From: Candidatus Methylopumilus universalis
GTDB lineage: Bacteria > Pseudomonadota > Gammaproteobacteria > Burkholderiales > Methylophilaceae
Reading direction: 5' to 3'
Assembly (NCBI GenBank): GCA_945878605.1
Contig: CAMCTR010000001.1
Coordinates: forward strand, 1 to 41,453
DNA length: 41,453 bases
Below the pieces are notes generated by a model, which did not search any database, had not been told where the DNA came from, and saw only the letters and a program-made list of their open reading frames with translations. A program made the position numbers and the translations under genes. This document shows positions 20,576 through 29,335 of the stretch, in pieces (the stretch's first letter is position 1; each line of letters opens with the position of its first letter).

Positions 20576-20869
20576 TTATCGACCTTGCTTAAATAGGTTG
20601 AGCCGAAATTTTGCCCAGTAATAAGCATCCATTACTGAGATGGCGTACACAAAAAAACCACCTGCATAACGACCGATTATCGACACACTTGGATCGGCAA
20701 CTTGCGCGGTGAAATAGCCTAATACCAGCATAAACGTAAGCATTAACAAGCCTCGTTTAACTGCATTATTGAGCACTTGACCCATGCCAGGAAGGACAAT
20801 GGCAATCGCAAGAACGGCATAAGGGTTCATTGGTGGCTTAAGGGATTTTGAGGTGGATTGTTCACTCAT
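20576..20869 (-). CDS. Small membrane protein
   Basis: 3 hydrophobic segments, LPGMGQ motif; ATGA overlap with the upstream gene. Confidence 0.75.
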   Translation of the reverse strand: MSEQSTSKSLKPPMNPYAVLAIAIVLPGMGQVLNNAVKRGLLMLTFMLVLGYFTAQVADPSVSIIGRYAGGFFVYAISVMDAYYWAKFRLNLFKQGR

Positions 20870-21528
20870 ACGGCATCCTTTTCTAATAATTTTCGGATTT
20901 CGATCGCTTGTTTCAATACTTTCTCTACGACTTCGACTGCAATTGCTTCACCACTAAATACCGAGTTACGCATAATCAAATACTCCCCACGCTCGGCCTG
21001 CTTTGCCATATAAGTAATGCGTAATACTGAAGGTGTAATTAATAACTCTTTGGTACGCTCGTCGGCAAAGAGCTTAGGTACAAAACTATCTATTTTTGCA
21101 ACATCAATTAGACTATCTTGGTATTTAATCACGGCATGCTGAGGCCAATGGCTCGGCACTTGCAAGTTGCCATTCCACTGCCATGCCGGACTATAAAATT
21201 CGTTATTGTTAGGTCTAACAATTAAGTCAAAACTACCCTCAATAGTAGCCTTGCCTTGAATGGTAATCAATAACCAGAGCGGTGGAATCTTCCGAACGGC
21301 AACGGTATCTGCAATTAACGAAAGTTTCACTTCATAGCCTGAAAAACTACCTGAAACCTGAGGAAATTCATTACCTTCTTGTTTAAGCTTTGCACCATCT
21401 AATAAAGCCAAAACCTCATCAAATAAATGAGATTTTGCATGCTGGATACTACGTTGATCATTTAAATACTTTCGAATGAGCCATAAACCCATCATTAAGA
21501 TTGCAGCGCTGACTAAAAATTTGAACAT
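20866..21528 (-). CDS. Hypothetical protein with an N-terminal TM anchor
   Basis: 220-aa ORF, AGGA RBS, downstream of the permease. Confidence 0.75.
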   Translation of the reverse strand: MFKFLVSAAILMMGLWLIRKYLNDQRSIQHAKSHLFDEVLALLDGAKLKQEGNEFPQVSGSFSGYEVKLSLIADTVAVRKIPPLWLLITIQGKATIEGSFDLIVRPNNNEFYSPAWQWNGNLQVPSHWPQHAVIKYQDSLIDVAKIDSFVPKLFADERTKELLITPSVLRITYMAKQAERGEYLIMRNSVFSGEAIAVEVVEKVLKQAIEIRKLLEKDAV

Positions 21529-21536
21529 ATTTTCCT

Positions 21537-21567
21537 AAAAAACAGGCGGGTATAAAACCCGCCTGTT
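21537..21567 (-). terminator. Hairpin/terminator after the permease
   Basis: AACAGGCGGGT-ataaa-ACCCGCCTGTT with a U tract on the minus strand. Confidence 0.7.
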
Positions 21568-21597
21568 AATAACATCACTAACTTAACACCCTTTTGC

Positions 21598-22986
21598 TTA
21601 ATAACCTTTTGGGCGAGGCCATGGCATGGTGAACTGATCGGCACGTTTGACGAACTTGTATCGACGAACGCTAAACCAGATTGAAGCCAAAATATAGAAC
21701 GCTAAAATTGATAGCAAACTATTGCCATAACCTAAGAATGTTGCAAAATAGGTCGCACTACATAGAATCAATAAAGTGATCGCAGGTATCGGATGGAAAG
21801 GATGAATATAACCCCGATGGATACTGCCTAATGGCCACATTTTTCTAAACTTAACGACATTGATAGACATGAATGTATAACCTAACAAACCAGAAAGAAT
21901 TGAGAATGTAATCACTTGATCTAGCAAACCAGTGAATGCAAATGACACTGCAATTGGCACCAAGAAAATAATCGAACGATAAGGTGTGCGATATTTTGGA
22001 TGGATAGCACCAAAGAACACTGGCATGTAACGATCACGGCCTAATGAGAACCAGGCGCGTGAAGCATCATTTATACAACCGTTAGCTGAAGCAATTGCAG
22101 CAAAAGCTGTTGCTACAAACAACAAGAGTTGTAATTTGGTGCTCCCCACTAAAGTCCCAGCATCATAAAGTGGCGTTACCGCTTGACCAAGATATTGCCA
22201 AGGCATCAAACCAGCACAGATGTACCAAGTCAGTGATGCTGCCACCAACAAAGTCATCATACCGCCCATGGTCCCCAAAGGAATTGCACGACCTGCAGAA
22301 CGAACTTCTTCAGCTGCTTGGCAAGTCCCTTCAATCCCTAGGTAATACCACATCCCAAATTGCAATGAAGCTACCACACCAATCCAGCCATAAGGCAAAT
22401 CAGTCAGCAACTCTTTATGCTTCAACACTGCCCCTGGGTTTGCAGGCTCAACCGCTAAGAACAAGACAAGAATCGCGATAAAGGCCACAAAAGTAATGAC
22501 AAAATTAAGCGTTAGCGTTGTAAACACGCCGCGATAATTTAACCAAGCTAAAAAGGCGATTGTCAGAACAACAAAAGGCTTGGTATCTAAGTTTGCATGC
22601 CCAAACGTTTCAGCCGCCGATTTCATCAAATCCCCCACAATAAGCGCATCCGCGGCTTCTAGCATGGTGTAAGCCATGACCAGATACAAGCCAACGTTAA
22701 ACGCCATGAGTGGCCCAATAATATGCTTGGCTTGTGTATATTGCCCACCTGCCGCGGCCACCGTTGAAGTCACTTCGGAATCAATCATCGCCACACAAGT
22801 GTAGAGCAAACCAATTACCCAGCAAGCAATCAAGGAGCCATAAGCGCCCCCTTTTGCCACAGAGAAATTCCAGCCCATAAACTCACCCACCAACACAATC
22901 CCTACCCCCAAAGCCCAAATATGGAATGGGTTTAATACTTTCAGCATTGAAATCCGCTGACTTTTATCTCCTGTTGTCGTGCTCAT
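21598..22986 (-). CDS. APC permease, ethanolamine-permease-like (probable methylamine uptake)
   Basis: HIWALGVGIVLVGEFMGWN, AGGQY, WYYLGIEG, AAEE, HPKYRTP. Confidence 0.85.
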   Translation of the reverse strand: MSTTTGDKSQRISMLKVLNPFHIWALGVGIVLVGEFMGWNFSVAKGGAYGSLIACWVIGLLYTCVAMIDSEVTSTVAAAGGQYTQAKHIIGPLMAFNVGLYLVMAYTMLEAADALIVGDLMKSAAETFGHANLDTKPFVVLTIAFLAWLNYRGVFTTLTLNFVITFVAFIAILVLFLAVEPANPGAVLKHKELLTDLPYGWIGVVASLQFGMWYYLGIEGTCQAAEEVRSAGRAIPLGTMGGMMTLLVAASLTWYICAGLMPWQYLGQAVTPLYDAGTLVGSTKLQLLLFVATAFAAIASANGCINDASRAWFSLGRDRYMPVFFGAIHPKYRTPYRSIIFLVPIAVSFAFTGLLDQVITFSILSGLLGYTFMSINVVKFRKMWPLGSIHRGYIHPFHPIPAITLLILCSATYFATFLGYGNSLLSILAFYILASIWFSVRRYKFVKRADQFTMPWPRPKGY

Positions 22987-23033
22987 AAAAAGCCTCCCTC
23001 AAATAGTATTTTGATCAGTTTTTATAATGGGTT

Positions 23034-23174
23034 TTATTCATCGCCTTCGCGTGAACTCATCAAAAACTCTTCATCGTATTGTTGTGAAACACTAATCGCA
23101 TCTTTCACAATCCAGATTAATAAGGCTGCAGAAATTACCCAAGCAGCACTGCTTAACATATCCCATAAATCCAT
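23034..23174 (-). CDS. 46-aa single-TM protein (below the ORF-track cutoff)
   Basis: AAGGAGA RBS then MDLWDMLSSAAWVISAALLIWIVKDAISVSQQYDEEFLMSSREGDE*; fills the gap between two co-oriented genes. Confidence 0.8.
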   Translation of the reverse strand: MDLWDMLSSAAWVISAALLIWIVKDAISVSQQYDEEFLMSSREGDE

Positions 23175-23197
23175 GATTTTTATCTCCTTAAAATGGA

Positions 23198-23587
23198 TTA
23201 TTTGCCGAATTTTTCGGCAATCACTTCACGATATTCTTTATCTGAAACTTTCAGCATAAAGACGAAATATCCAATCAATACCACGGCTGTAATCGCTAGC
23301 CATGTTGGATCTATCGTATAGTCAAACCTAGTGTTAATAAGGGCGGCCGCTTTTTCAGCGTCATAGCCAAGTTTTTCCCATTGTTCCTGAACAACTGGGG
23401 ACAATTGAAGGGATTCCCAAGTTGGTTTTACTACTTCAGCCGCAGCGCCAGCAGCAGCCGAAGCAGCTTCTTTCGTTTTAAACAACAGTGGCAACATTAA
23501 ACTTAAATACACAAGTGCAAGAACGAACAAACTATCAAAAATTTGTCCGAACCAACTTTGCTTTGGTGGTTCATATTGTTTAGTCAT
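23198..23587 (-). CDS. Small 2-TM membrane protein
   Basis: GGGAG RBS; two TM helices flanking an Ala-rich linker and a QWEKLGY loop. Confidence 0.8.
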   Translation of the reverse strand: MTKQYEPPKQSWFGQIFDSLFVLALVYLSLMLPLLFKTKEAASAAAGAAAEVVKPTWESLQLSPVVQEQWEKLGYDAEKAAALINTRFDYTIDPTWLAITAVVLIGYFVFMLKVSDKEYREVIAEKFGK

Positions 23588-23614
23588 GATTTTTTTCTCC
23601 CTATTTTCTATTGA

Positions 23615-23911
23615 TTATTTTTTAGATTTTGCCGCACGATTAGCATCCACATGCTTAATGTCTAAGCCGTAGATGAACTGCTTATCATCGACAAAATGCA
23701 TGGTCATGGCGCTCACTGAGGCAGTGTTGAAAATGAGCAAAGCGAAACTACTGATATACATCACGAGACGGATGTTAGGATCCTCAACGATCTGCAAGAT
23801 GAAATACAACACGAAAAGCACGGATGCCCAAAGCAAAGCCACATCTACCCATGCCAGGATGCAATCTTGCGCAAACATTCTCTGTATGCGCGACTGTAAA
23901 TCTTGTTTCAT
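23615..23911 (-). CDS. Small 2-TM membrane protein
   Basis: AAGGAG RBS; two TM helices, C-terminal FIYGLDIKH. Confidence 0.8.
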   Translation of the reverse strand: MKQDLQSRIQRMFAQDCILAWVDVALLWASVLFVLYFILQIVEDPNIRLVMYISSFALLIFNTASVSAMTMHFVDDKQFIYGLDIKHVDANRAAKSKK

Positions 23912-24073
23912 AAATATCTCCTTGATTTAATAATTCTTTTAATATTTCTTATCAACGTCAGATTTAGCTACTTAACTTCTGTTACTGGCAATACAAACAA
24001 TAGACTACTCTTTTACAATTTTTGTCGGAAGTCTCCTTAAAAAAATAAATCCGCATTTTAATAAATGCGGGGC

Positions 24074-24117
24074 AAAAAAAAGCTGCGGCTCGCTTTTAAG
24101 CGCACCGCAGCTTTTTT
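24074..24117. terminator. Bidirectional terminator downstream of mgsC
   Basis: A8-GCTGCGG..CGCTT/AAGCG..CCGCAGC-T6. Confidence 0.8.
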
Positions 24118-24126
24118 AAAAAATAA

Positions 24127-24253
24127 AAGGGAGTAAAGCAATTTAAAACGAACAATTTCCGCACATTTAGCAAACGTAAGAGGAGGATCCCACTTGCTAA
24201 GAACATTAATTTATTCATGCTTTACTCCCTTCAGCCTCAGCACAAGGCTGAAG
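24127..24253 (-). ncRNA. Candidate structured RNA / leader-peptide element in the mgsC 3' region
   Basis: Perfect 14-bp inverted repeat (24127-24140 / 24218-24231), inner TTAGCAA/TTGCTAA stem, overlapping CTTCAGCCT/AGGCTGAAG hairpin. Confidence 0.4.
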
Positions 24254-24286
24254 CAAAACTTGTAACAACATTAAAGCTTTAAATCA

Positions 24287-25624
24287 TTAAAATTTATCCA
24301 TTCCTGGAATCCAGTTAGTACCAGCAAGAGGCACTTTAGCCATCGCTGAAGCTTCAATCGTCAATGCAACCAAATCTTCAGGCTCTAAGTTATGCAAATG
24401 CGATTTACCGCAAGCACGTGCAATGACTTGCGCTTCCATGGTCATCACTGTTAGATAGTTAGCAAGACGTTGACCGCCTTTTATAGGGTCAAACCGCTTC
24501 ATCAACTCAGGATCTTGTGTAGTGATACCAGCTGGGTCACGACCTTCATGCCAATCGTCGTAAGCCCCTGCTGTTGTGCCTAGCTTGTTGTATTCAGCTT
24601 CAAGCGCTGGGTCGTTATCACCCATTGCAATCAATGCCGCGGTACCAATTGCAACCGCATCAGCACCAAGCGCCATCGCTTTAGCCACGTCAGCACCATT
24701 ACGAATACCACCAGAAACAATCAACTGCACTTTGCGGTGCATACCCAAGTCTTGAAGTGCTTGCACTGCAGGACGAATAGCCGCCAAGATAGGAATACCA
24801 ACGTGCTCAATAAACACTTCCTGAGTCGCTGCTGTACCGCCTTGCATACCATCTAGCACCACTACATCAGCACCAGCTTTCACAGCCAAAGCCACATCGA
24901 AGTAAGGACGGGTTGCCCCGATTTTTACGTAAATTGGTTTTTCCCAATCTGTAATTTCACGGATTTCAGCAATTTTAATTTCCAAGTCATCTGGACCTGT
25001 CCAATCTGGATGGCGACATGATGAGCGTTGGTCAATACCTTCTGGCAAACAACGCATTTTTGCGACACGTGCACTAATTTTTTGACCCAGCAACATACCG
25101 CCGCCGCCAGGCTTCGCGCCTTGACCAATCACCACTTCGATGGCATCCGCTTTACGCAAATCATCTGGGTTCATGCCGTAGCGTGAAGGAAGATATTGGT
25201 AAACCAAAATTTTAGATTGTCCGCGTTCTTCAGGTGTCATGCCGCCGTCACCTGTGGTTGTTGAAGTACCCACTGCGCCAGCACCACGACCCAAAGCCTC
25301 TTTAGCCGGCGCTGAAAGTGCACCAAAACTCATCCCAGCAATCGTTACCGGCGTTTTAAGATGAATCGGTTTCTTAGCAAAACGTGTACCAAGCACCACA
25401 TCAGTCCCACATTTTTCACGATAGCCTTCTAGTGGATAACGGCTAACTGATGCACCCAAGAATAATAGGTCATCGAAATGTGGCACTTTACGTTTTGCGC
25501 CACCACCACGGATATCATAAATACCTGTAGCAGCTGCACGACGAATTTGTGAGTTAGTTAATTTATCAAACGTCCACGATTGATGCGGTTCAGTTTGAGG
25601 GATTTTGTTAGGAGTATCAGCCAT
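24287..25624 (-). CDS. mgsC: N-methylglutamate synthase subunit C (FMN-binding GltB-like)
   Basis: AGMSFGALS, TTGDGG, GQGAKPGGGG, DGMQGGT, SGGIRNGADVAKA. Confidence 0.93.
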   Translation of the reverse strand: MADTPNKIPQTEPHQSWTFDKLTNSQIRRAAATGIYDIRGGGAKRKVPHFDDLLFLGASVSRYPLEGYREKCGTDVVLGTRFAKKPIHLKTPVTIAGMSFGALSAPAKEALGRGAGAVGTSTTTGDGGMTPEERGQSKILVYQYLPSRYGMNPDDLRKADAIEVVIGQGAKPGGGGMLLGQKISARVAKMRCLPEGIDQRSSCRHPDWTGPDDLEIKIAEIREITDWEKPIYVKIGATRPYFDVALAVKAGADVVVLDGMQGGTAATQEVFIEHVGIPILAAIRPAVQALQDLGMHRKVQLIVSGGIRNGADVAKAMALGADAVAIGTAALIAMGDNDPALEAEYNKLGTTAGAYDDWHEGRDPAGITTQDPELMKRFDPIKGGQRLANYLTVMTMEAQVIARACGKSHLHNLEPEDLVALTIEASAMAKVPLAGTNWIPGMDKF

Positions 25625-25625
25625 G

Positions 25626-26318
25626 TTAGTAAGCTCCTGATTTAGCTACGTTAAAGTGGTATAAAGTGCGTGCTGAACCATAAAGCGTAAAGCTTTCAGG
25701 ACTCACGTCGCTGTGACCTGAACGTGAAAGCAAATCAACAAGGATTTTGCGCTCTTCTGGGCCCATGGTTTTAACTTCGCAGTCAGCGCCTAGGCTTTTC
25801 ACTTTACCGCGCACAAAAAGACGTGCTTCGTAAATAGAGTCGCCTAGACCTTCGCCTGCATCGCCAAGCACCACTAAATTGCCGGCTTGCGCCATAAATG
25901 CTGAGAAGCTACCAACAGAACCACCCACCACAATGTCAGCACCTTTAAGAGAAATTGCACAGCGTAAACCTGCATCGCCATCAATCACCAATAAACCACC
26001 CTGTGCTGTCGCACCAGCTGCATTTGATGCAAAGCCCTTAACGTGCACACGGCCAGACATCATATTTTCTGCAACACCTGCACCAACACTGCCTTCAATC
26101 GTTACGTCAGCAATTTGATTCATCCCTGCAGCGTAATAGCCTGCATGCCCATGAACCAATACCTTGGCTTCTGATTTAAGTCCAACCGCAATATTGTGCG
26201 CGCCGTTAGGATTTTGAATTTCAATGTGCTTGCCGTTTAAAAGGCTGGCATCACTATGTAAGAATTGATTGACCTCACGCAATGGTGTCTTGGCCAAATC
26301 GTATTTTATACTTTCCAT
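25626..26318 (-). CDS. mgsB: N-methylglutamate synthase subunit B (GXGXG domain)
   Basis: Repeated GxAG/GSVG beta-helix motifs; lies between mgsA and mgsC. Confidence 0.92.
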   Translation of the reverse strand: MESIKYDLAKTPLREVNQFLHSDASLLNGKHIEIQNPNGAHNIAVGLKSEAKVLVHGHAGYYAAGMNQIADVTIEGSVGAGVAENMMSGRVHVKGFASNAAGATAQGGLLVIDGDAGLRCAISLKGADIVVGGSVGSFSAFMAQAGNLVVLGDAGEGLGDSIYEARLFVRGKVKSLGADCEVKTMGPEERKILVDLLSRSGHSDVSPESFTLYGSARTLYHFNVAKSGAY

Positions 26319-27205
26319 ACGTACATCTCCTTTGGTGAAGGTTCGAACACTTTTGCGTTCTTAATATCAGGCAAGTGGGCTAATGAACGGAATTCAGAAG
26401 CAATTGCCACGTAGTCATCATGCTCAGCAACAACCGCGGGTTTACATGCGAATGGATCGCGCACTAAAGCTAATTGGTCCTTAGTCCCCATTAGCAATGT
26501 ATAAAAACCATCTAACTCTTCAAAACCATGCTCTAAAGCTGTTTTTAAGTCATCACCCTCACGCATACGCCATTCCAAGAAACGGCAAGCAGCTTCAGTG
26601 TCGTTATCTGTTTCAAACATAATACCTTCGTGTTGCAATTTGCGACGTAGGCTAGGGGCATTTGAAAGTGAGCCGTTATGCACCAAGCACCAGTCTTGAC
26701 CAGCGGTAAATGGGTGAGCATGGGCTGGTGTAATCGCTGATTCGGTTGCCATACGTGTATGACCGACCAAGTGACTACCGGTCAATTGGCTAAAGTCGTA
26801 ACGAGCTGCTACTTCAGCAGGCGTTCCCACATCTTTGTAAATGTCCATTAATTGACCAATCGCCAATAAATGCACTTGTGGATAATGCTCATGTAACCAG
26901 ATCTTGACTGTTTCTGGGTCAAGATGTGTTGTTAACACCGCATGATTTACTTTTTGATTGAAACTCACTACTTTGCTACCCAAATGGGTTAAAAAGTCGT
27001 GGGCAAGTTTTTGCCAATTAAAATCTGCTTCGCTAGCGTAGAGACTGAACTTACGCTCATCATCACTTACTGGCGCACCGAAGATTGCCAAGCCTGCTGA
27101 GTCAGGGCCACGTTCTGTCATACCGATGAGCATCGGCAACATTAGCTCACCAATATTGGCGCGCATATTTGGGTTTTTAACCAATAACCCTACAATTCCA
27201 CACAT
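26306..27205 (-). CDS. mgsA: N-methylglutamate synthase subunit A (class II amidotransferase)
   Basis: N-terminal MCGIVG, RGPDSAG, GHTRMATES, HNGSLSN, DTE. Confidence 0.93.
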   Translation of the reverse strand: MCGIVGLLVKNPNMRANIGELMLPMLIGMTERGPDSAGLAIFGAPVSDDERKFSLYASEADFNWQKLAHDFLTHLGSKVVSFNQKVNHAVLTTHLDPETVKIWLHEHYPQVHLLAIGQLMDIYKDVGTPAEVAARYDFSQLTGSHLVGHTRMATESAITPAHAHPFTAGQDWCLVHNGSLSNAPSLRRKLQHEGIMFETDNDTEAACRFLEWRMREGDDLKTALEHGFEELDGFYTLLMGTKDQLALVRDPFACKPAVVAEHDDYVAIASEFRSLAHLPDIKNAKVFEPSPKEMYVWKV

Positions 27206-27247
27206 ATTAAGTCTCCTTAAACAATCTATAAAAAGCTGAAATCTTTT

Positions 27248-28582
27248 TTAGAAAAACTCTACGTAACGTTTGATTTCCCAATCAGATACGTGGCGCATGT
27301 ATTCCACCCACTCCATGTCTTTCAACAGGATGAATTCTTCCGAAAGGCTATTTCCAAGCGCATCACGAATCACGGTATCTTCCTCAAATGCACGAATTGC
27401 TTCGTTCAAATTTTGTGGAAGAATGCCAATACCGTGTTGTTTCAACTGCGCTGGTGAATACTCGTACAAGTTATCCTTAGTACCAGGACCAGCATCCAAT
27501 TCACGCTTCACACCATCCAAGCCTGCTGCAATTACTGCCGCAGTAACAAGATATGGGTTACAAGCACCATCTGGTAAACGCAACTCCAAACGACCGTATG
27601 GAATACGTACCATGGTTGAACGGTTGTTATTACCGTATGAAATGTAAGCTGGTGCCCATGTTGCGCCTGTCAATGAACGGCCAACCACTAAGCGTTTGTA
27701 TGAGTTCACTGTTGGGGCGGCTAAAGCTGTCAACGCTGGTGCGTGCGCTAAAATACCTGCCATAAAGTGATAAGCTAATTTTGATAAGCCATGACCTGTT
27801 TTGTCGCTGTCATCATGGAACAAACTCTTTTTACCATCACCAATCGACATGTGCATGTGCATGCCATTCCCTGGACGGTTGCTAAAAGGCTTAGGCATAA
27901 ATGAGCAAATCATGCCCATTTGATTCGCGATTTCACTTGCCGCCATTTTGAACATGATGTAATCATCAGCGCTCTTCATACAGTCTGCGTAGGTGTAGTT
28001 AATCTCGAATTGACCATTCGCATCTTCATGGTCAATTTGGTAAACATCTAAACCAGCTTCAATGAGTGATTCAGTTAGCTTTTCTAAAAAGGCTGATTGG
28101 CGTGTGATGCCTTTGTAATCATAACAAGGCTTTTGCAATGTATCACTGTCATCAAATGGATGAATCTGACCTTTGTCGTCCATTTTGAGTAATGAGAACT
28201 CTGGCTCTAAGCCTGTGTAAAGAATCCAACCGTTTTTAGCTAAACGATCCGTCTGCGCTTTTAGCACCACGCGTGCGTCATGTCCGTATGGCTTACCTTC
28301 AACGTGACCATCACAAATAATGCGTGCGTAGCCTGGTTGCCATGGAATTAATGACAAGGTAGACAAATCACCTACTGCCATATAATCAGGACCGTTAGGT
28401 GCAATACCCATGCCCCAAATCGCGCCACCCGCAAAACCTGCACCATTTTTTAGAATATCTTCCAAATGTGAGGCTGGCACTGACTTCACTTTTGCAACGC
28501 CATGAATATCAACAAATTGCGCCAATATATATTTGACGTTGTTATCTTTTAAAAACTTCTGTGCTTCCGCTAACGATTTCAT
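27248..28582 (-). CDS. gmaS: Gamma-glutamylmethylamide synthetase (GlnT-like)
   Basis: [45 protein letters not shown]; inside the mgd-mgs cluster. Confidence 0.92.
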   Translation of the reverse strand: MKSLAEAQKFLKDNNVKYILAQFVDIHGVAKVKSVPASHLEDILKNGAGFAGGAIWGMGIAPNGPDYMAVGDLSTLSLIPWQPGYARIICDGHVEGKPYGHDARVVLKAQTDRLAKNGWILYTGLEPEFSLLKMDDKGQIHPFDDSDTLQKPCYDYKGITRQSAFLEKLTESLIEAGLDVYQIDHEDANGQFEINYTYADCMKSADDYIMFKMAASEIANQMGMICSFMPKPFSNRPGNGMHMHMSIGDGKKSLFHDDSDKTGHGLSKLAYHFMAGILAHAPALTALAAPTVNSYKRLVVGRSLTGATWAPAYISYGNNNRSTMVRIPYGRLELRLPDGACNPYLVTAAVIAAGLDGVKRELDAGPGTKDNLYEYSPAQLKQHGIGILPQNLNEAIRAFEEDTVIRDALGNSLSEEFILLKDMEWVEYMRHVSDWEIKRYVEFF

Positions 28583-28658
28583 TCATTTTCTCCCTGAAAA
28601 TTACCGCTTTTTATGACATATTTCCTGCTTATGTTTTCCCACCAACCTCTGTAACGTT

Positions 28659-29324
28659 TTATTGAAAGCGTGCAGTCAACCCCACTGCACCACCACCAAG
28701 TTCTTGTGCAACTTCTAACAGCATTTCCCACATATATGGACCATAAGAAACGTCACACCAAACGCGATAAACTTGTTCGCCAGCTAAACTTTCTCGTAAA
28801 AACGTGGCTGAAATGCCAGCCACTTGCGTCATCACAACCGCCTCGCTTGCTAACGCTTTGTCTCGCAAATCCATCACACATAATTCAGACAACAGATTTA
28901 ATGCTTGGCTGCCACTCAAAATAAACGCAGCATCAGCACGTGCAACTTGATAAGCACCAGCAGTGTTTGCTTGATTGAAACTAGTCAGTCCTGCACAAGC
29001 ATTCCCTTTAAATTGATCTTCAACTAAAAACTCACTGCCGCCTAGGCGAAGCACTAAGGTACCTGGCGCACCTTCCACCCATGAGTTAATTTCATCTGGT
29101 GTTTTGAGACCTTGCTGTGCAAGCCACTCAGCCGCCTTAGGTCCTTTAATACCAAACTTGGCAAAGCAACCCACATCGGTCACACCCAACACTTGCTTGT
29201 GTGCTTTTTCTTTTGCTGCGCCTTCAAAACTCAAGGCAACTTCCATTCCGTTATGCACACCCATCGTCTGCTTTTGCTCGTGTTGCGCATAAGCAACGGG
29301 TGTCGTTTTAATTAATGCTGTCAT
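28659..29324 (-). CDS. mgdD: N-methylglutamate dehydrogenase subunit D (SoxG-like)
   Basis: KFGIKGP, RLGGSEFLVE, RVWCDVSYGPY; gene order. Confidence 0.85.
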   Translation of the reverse strand: MTALIKTTPVAYAQHEQKQTMGVHNGMEVALSFEGAAKEKAHKQVLGVTDVGCFAKFGIKGPKAAEWLAQQGLKTPDEINSWVEGAPGTLVLRLGGSEFLVEDQFKGNACAGLTSFNQANTAGAYQVARADAAFILSGSQALNLLSELCVMDLRDKALASEAVVMTQVAGISATFLRESLAGEQVYRVWCDVSYGPYMWEMLLEVAQELGGGAVGLTARFQ

Positions 29325-29335
29325 GTTAATTTCCT

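Noticed and set aside
23011-23259. 82-aa + strand ORF
   Set aside because: Antisense to the better-supported 46-aa minus-strand gene with a strong RBS.
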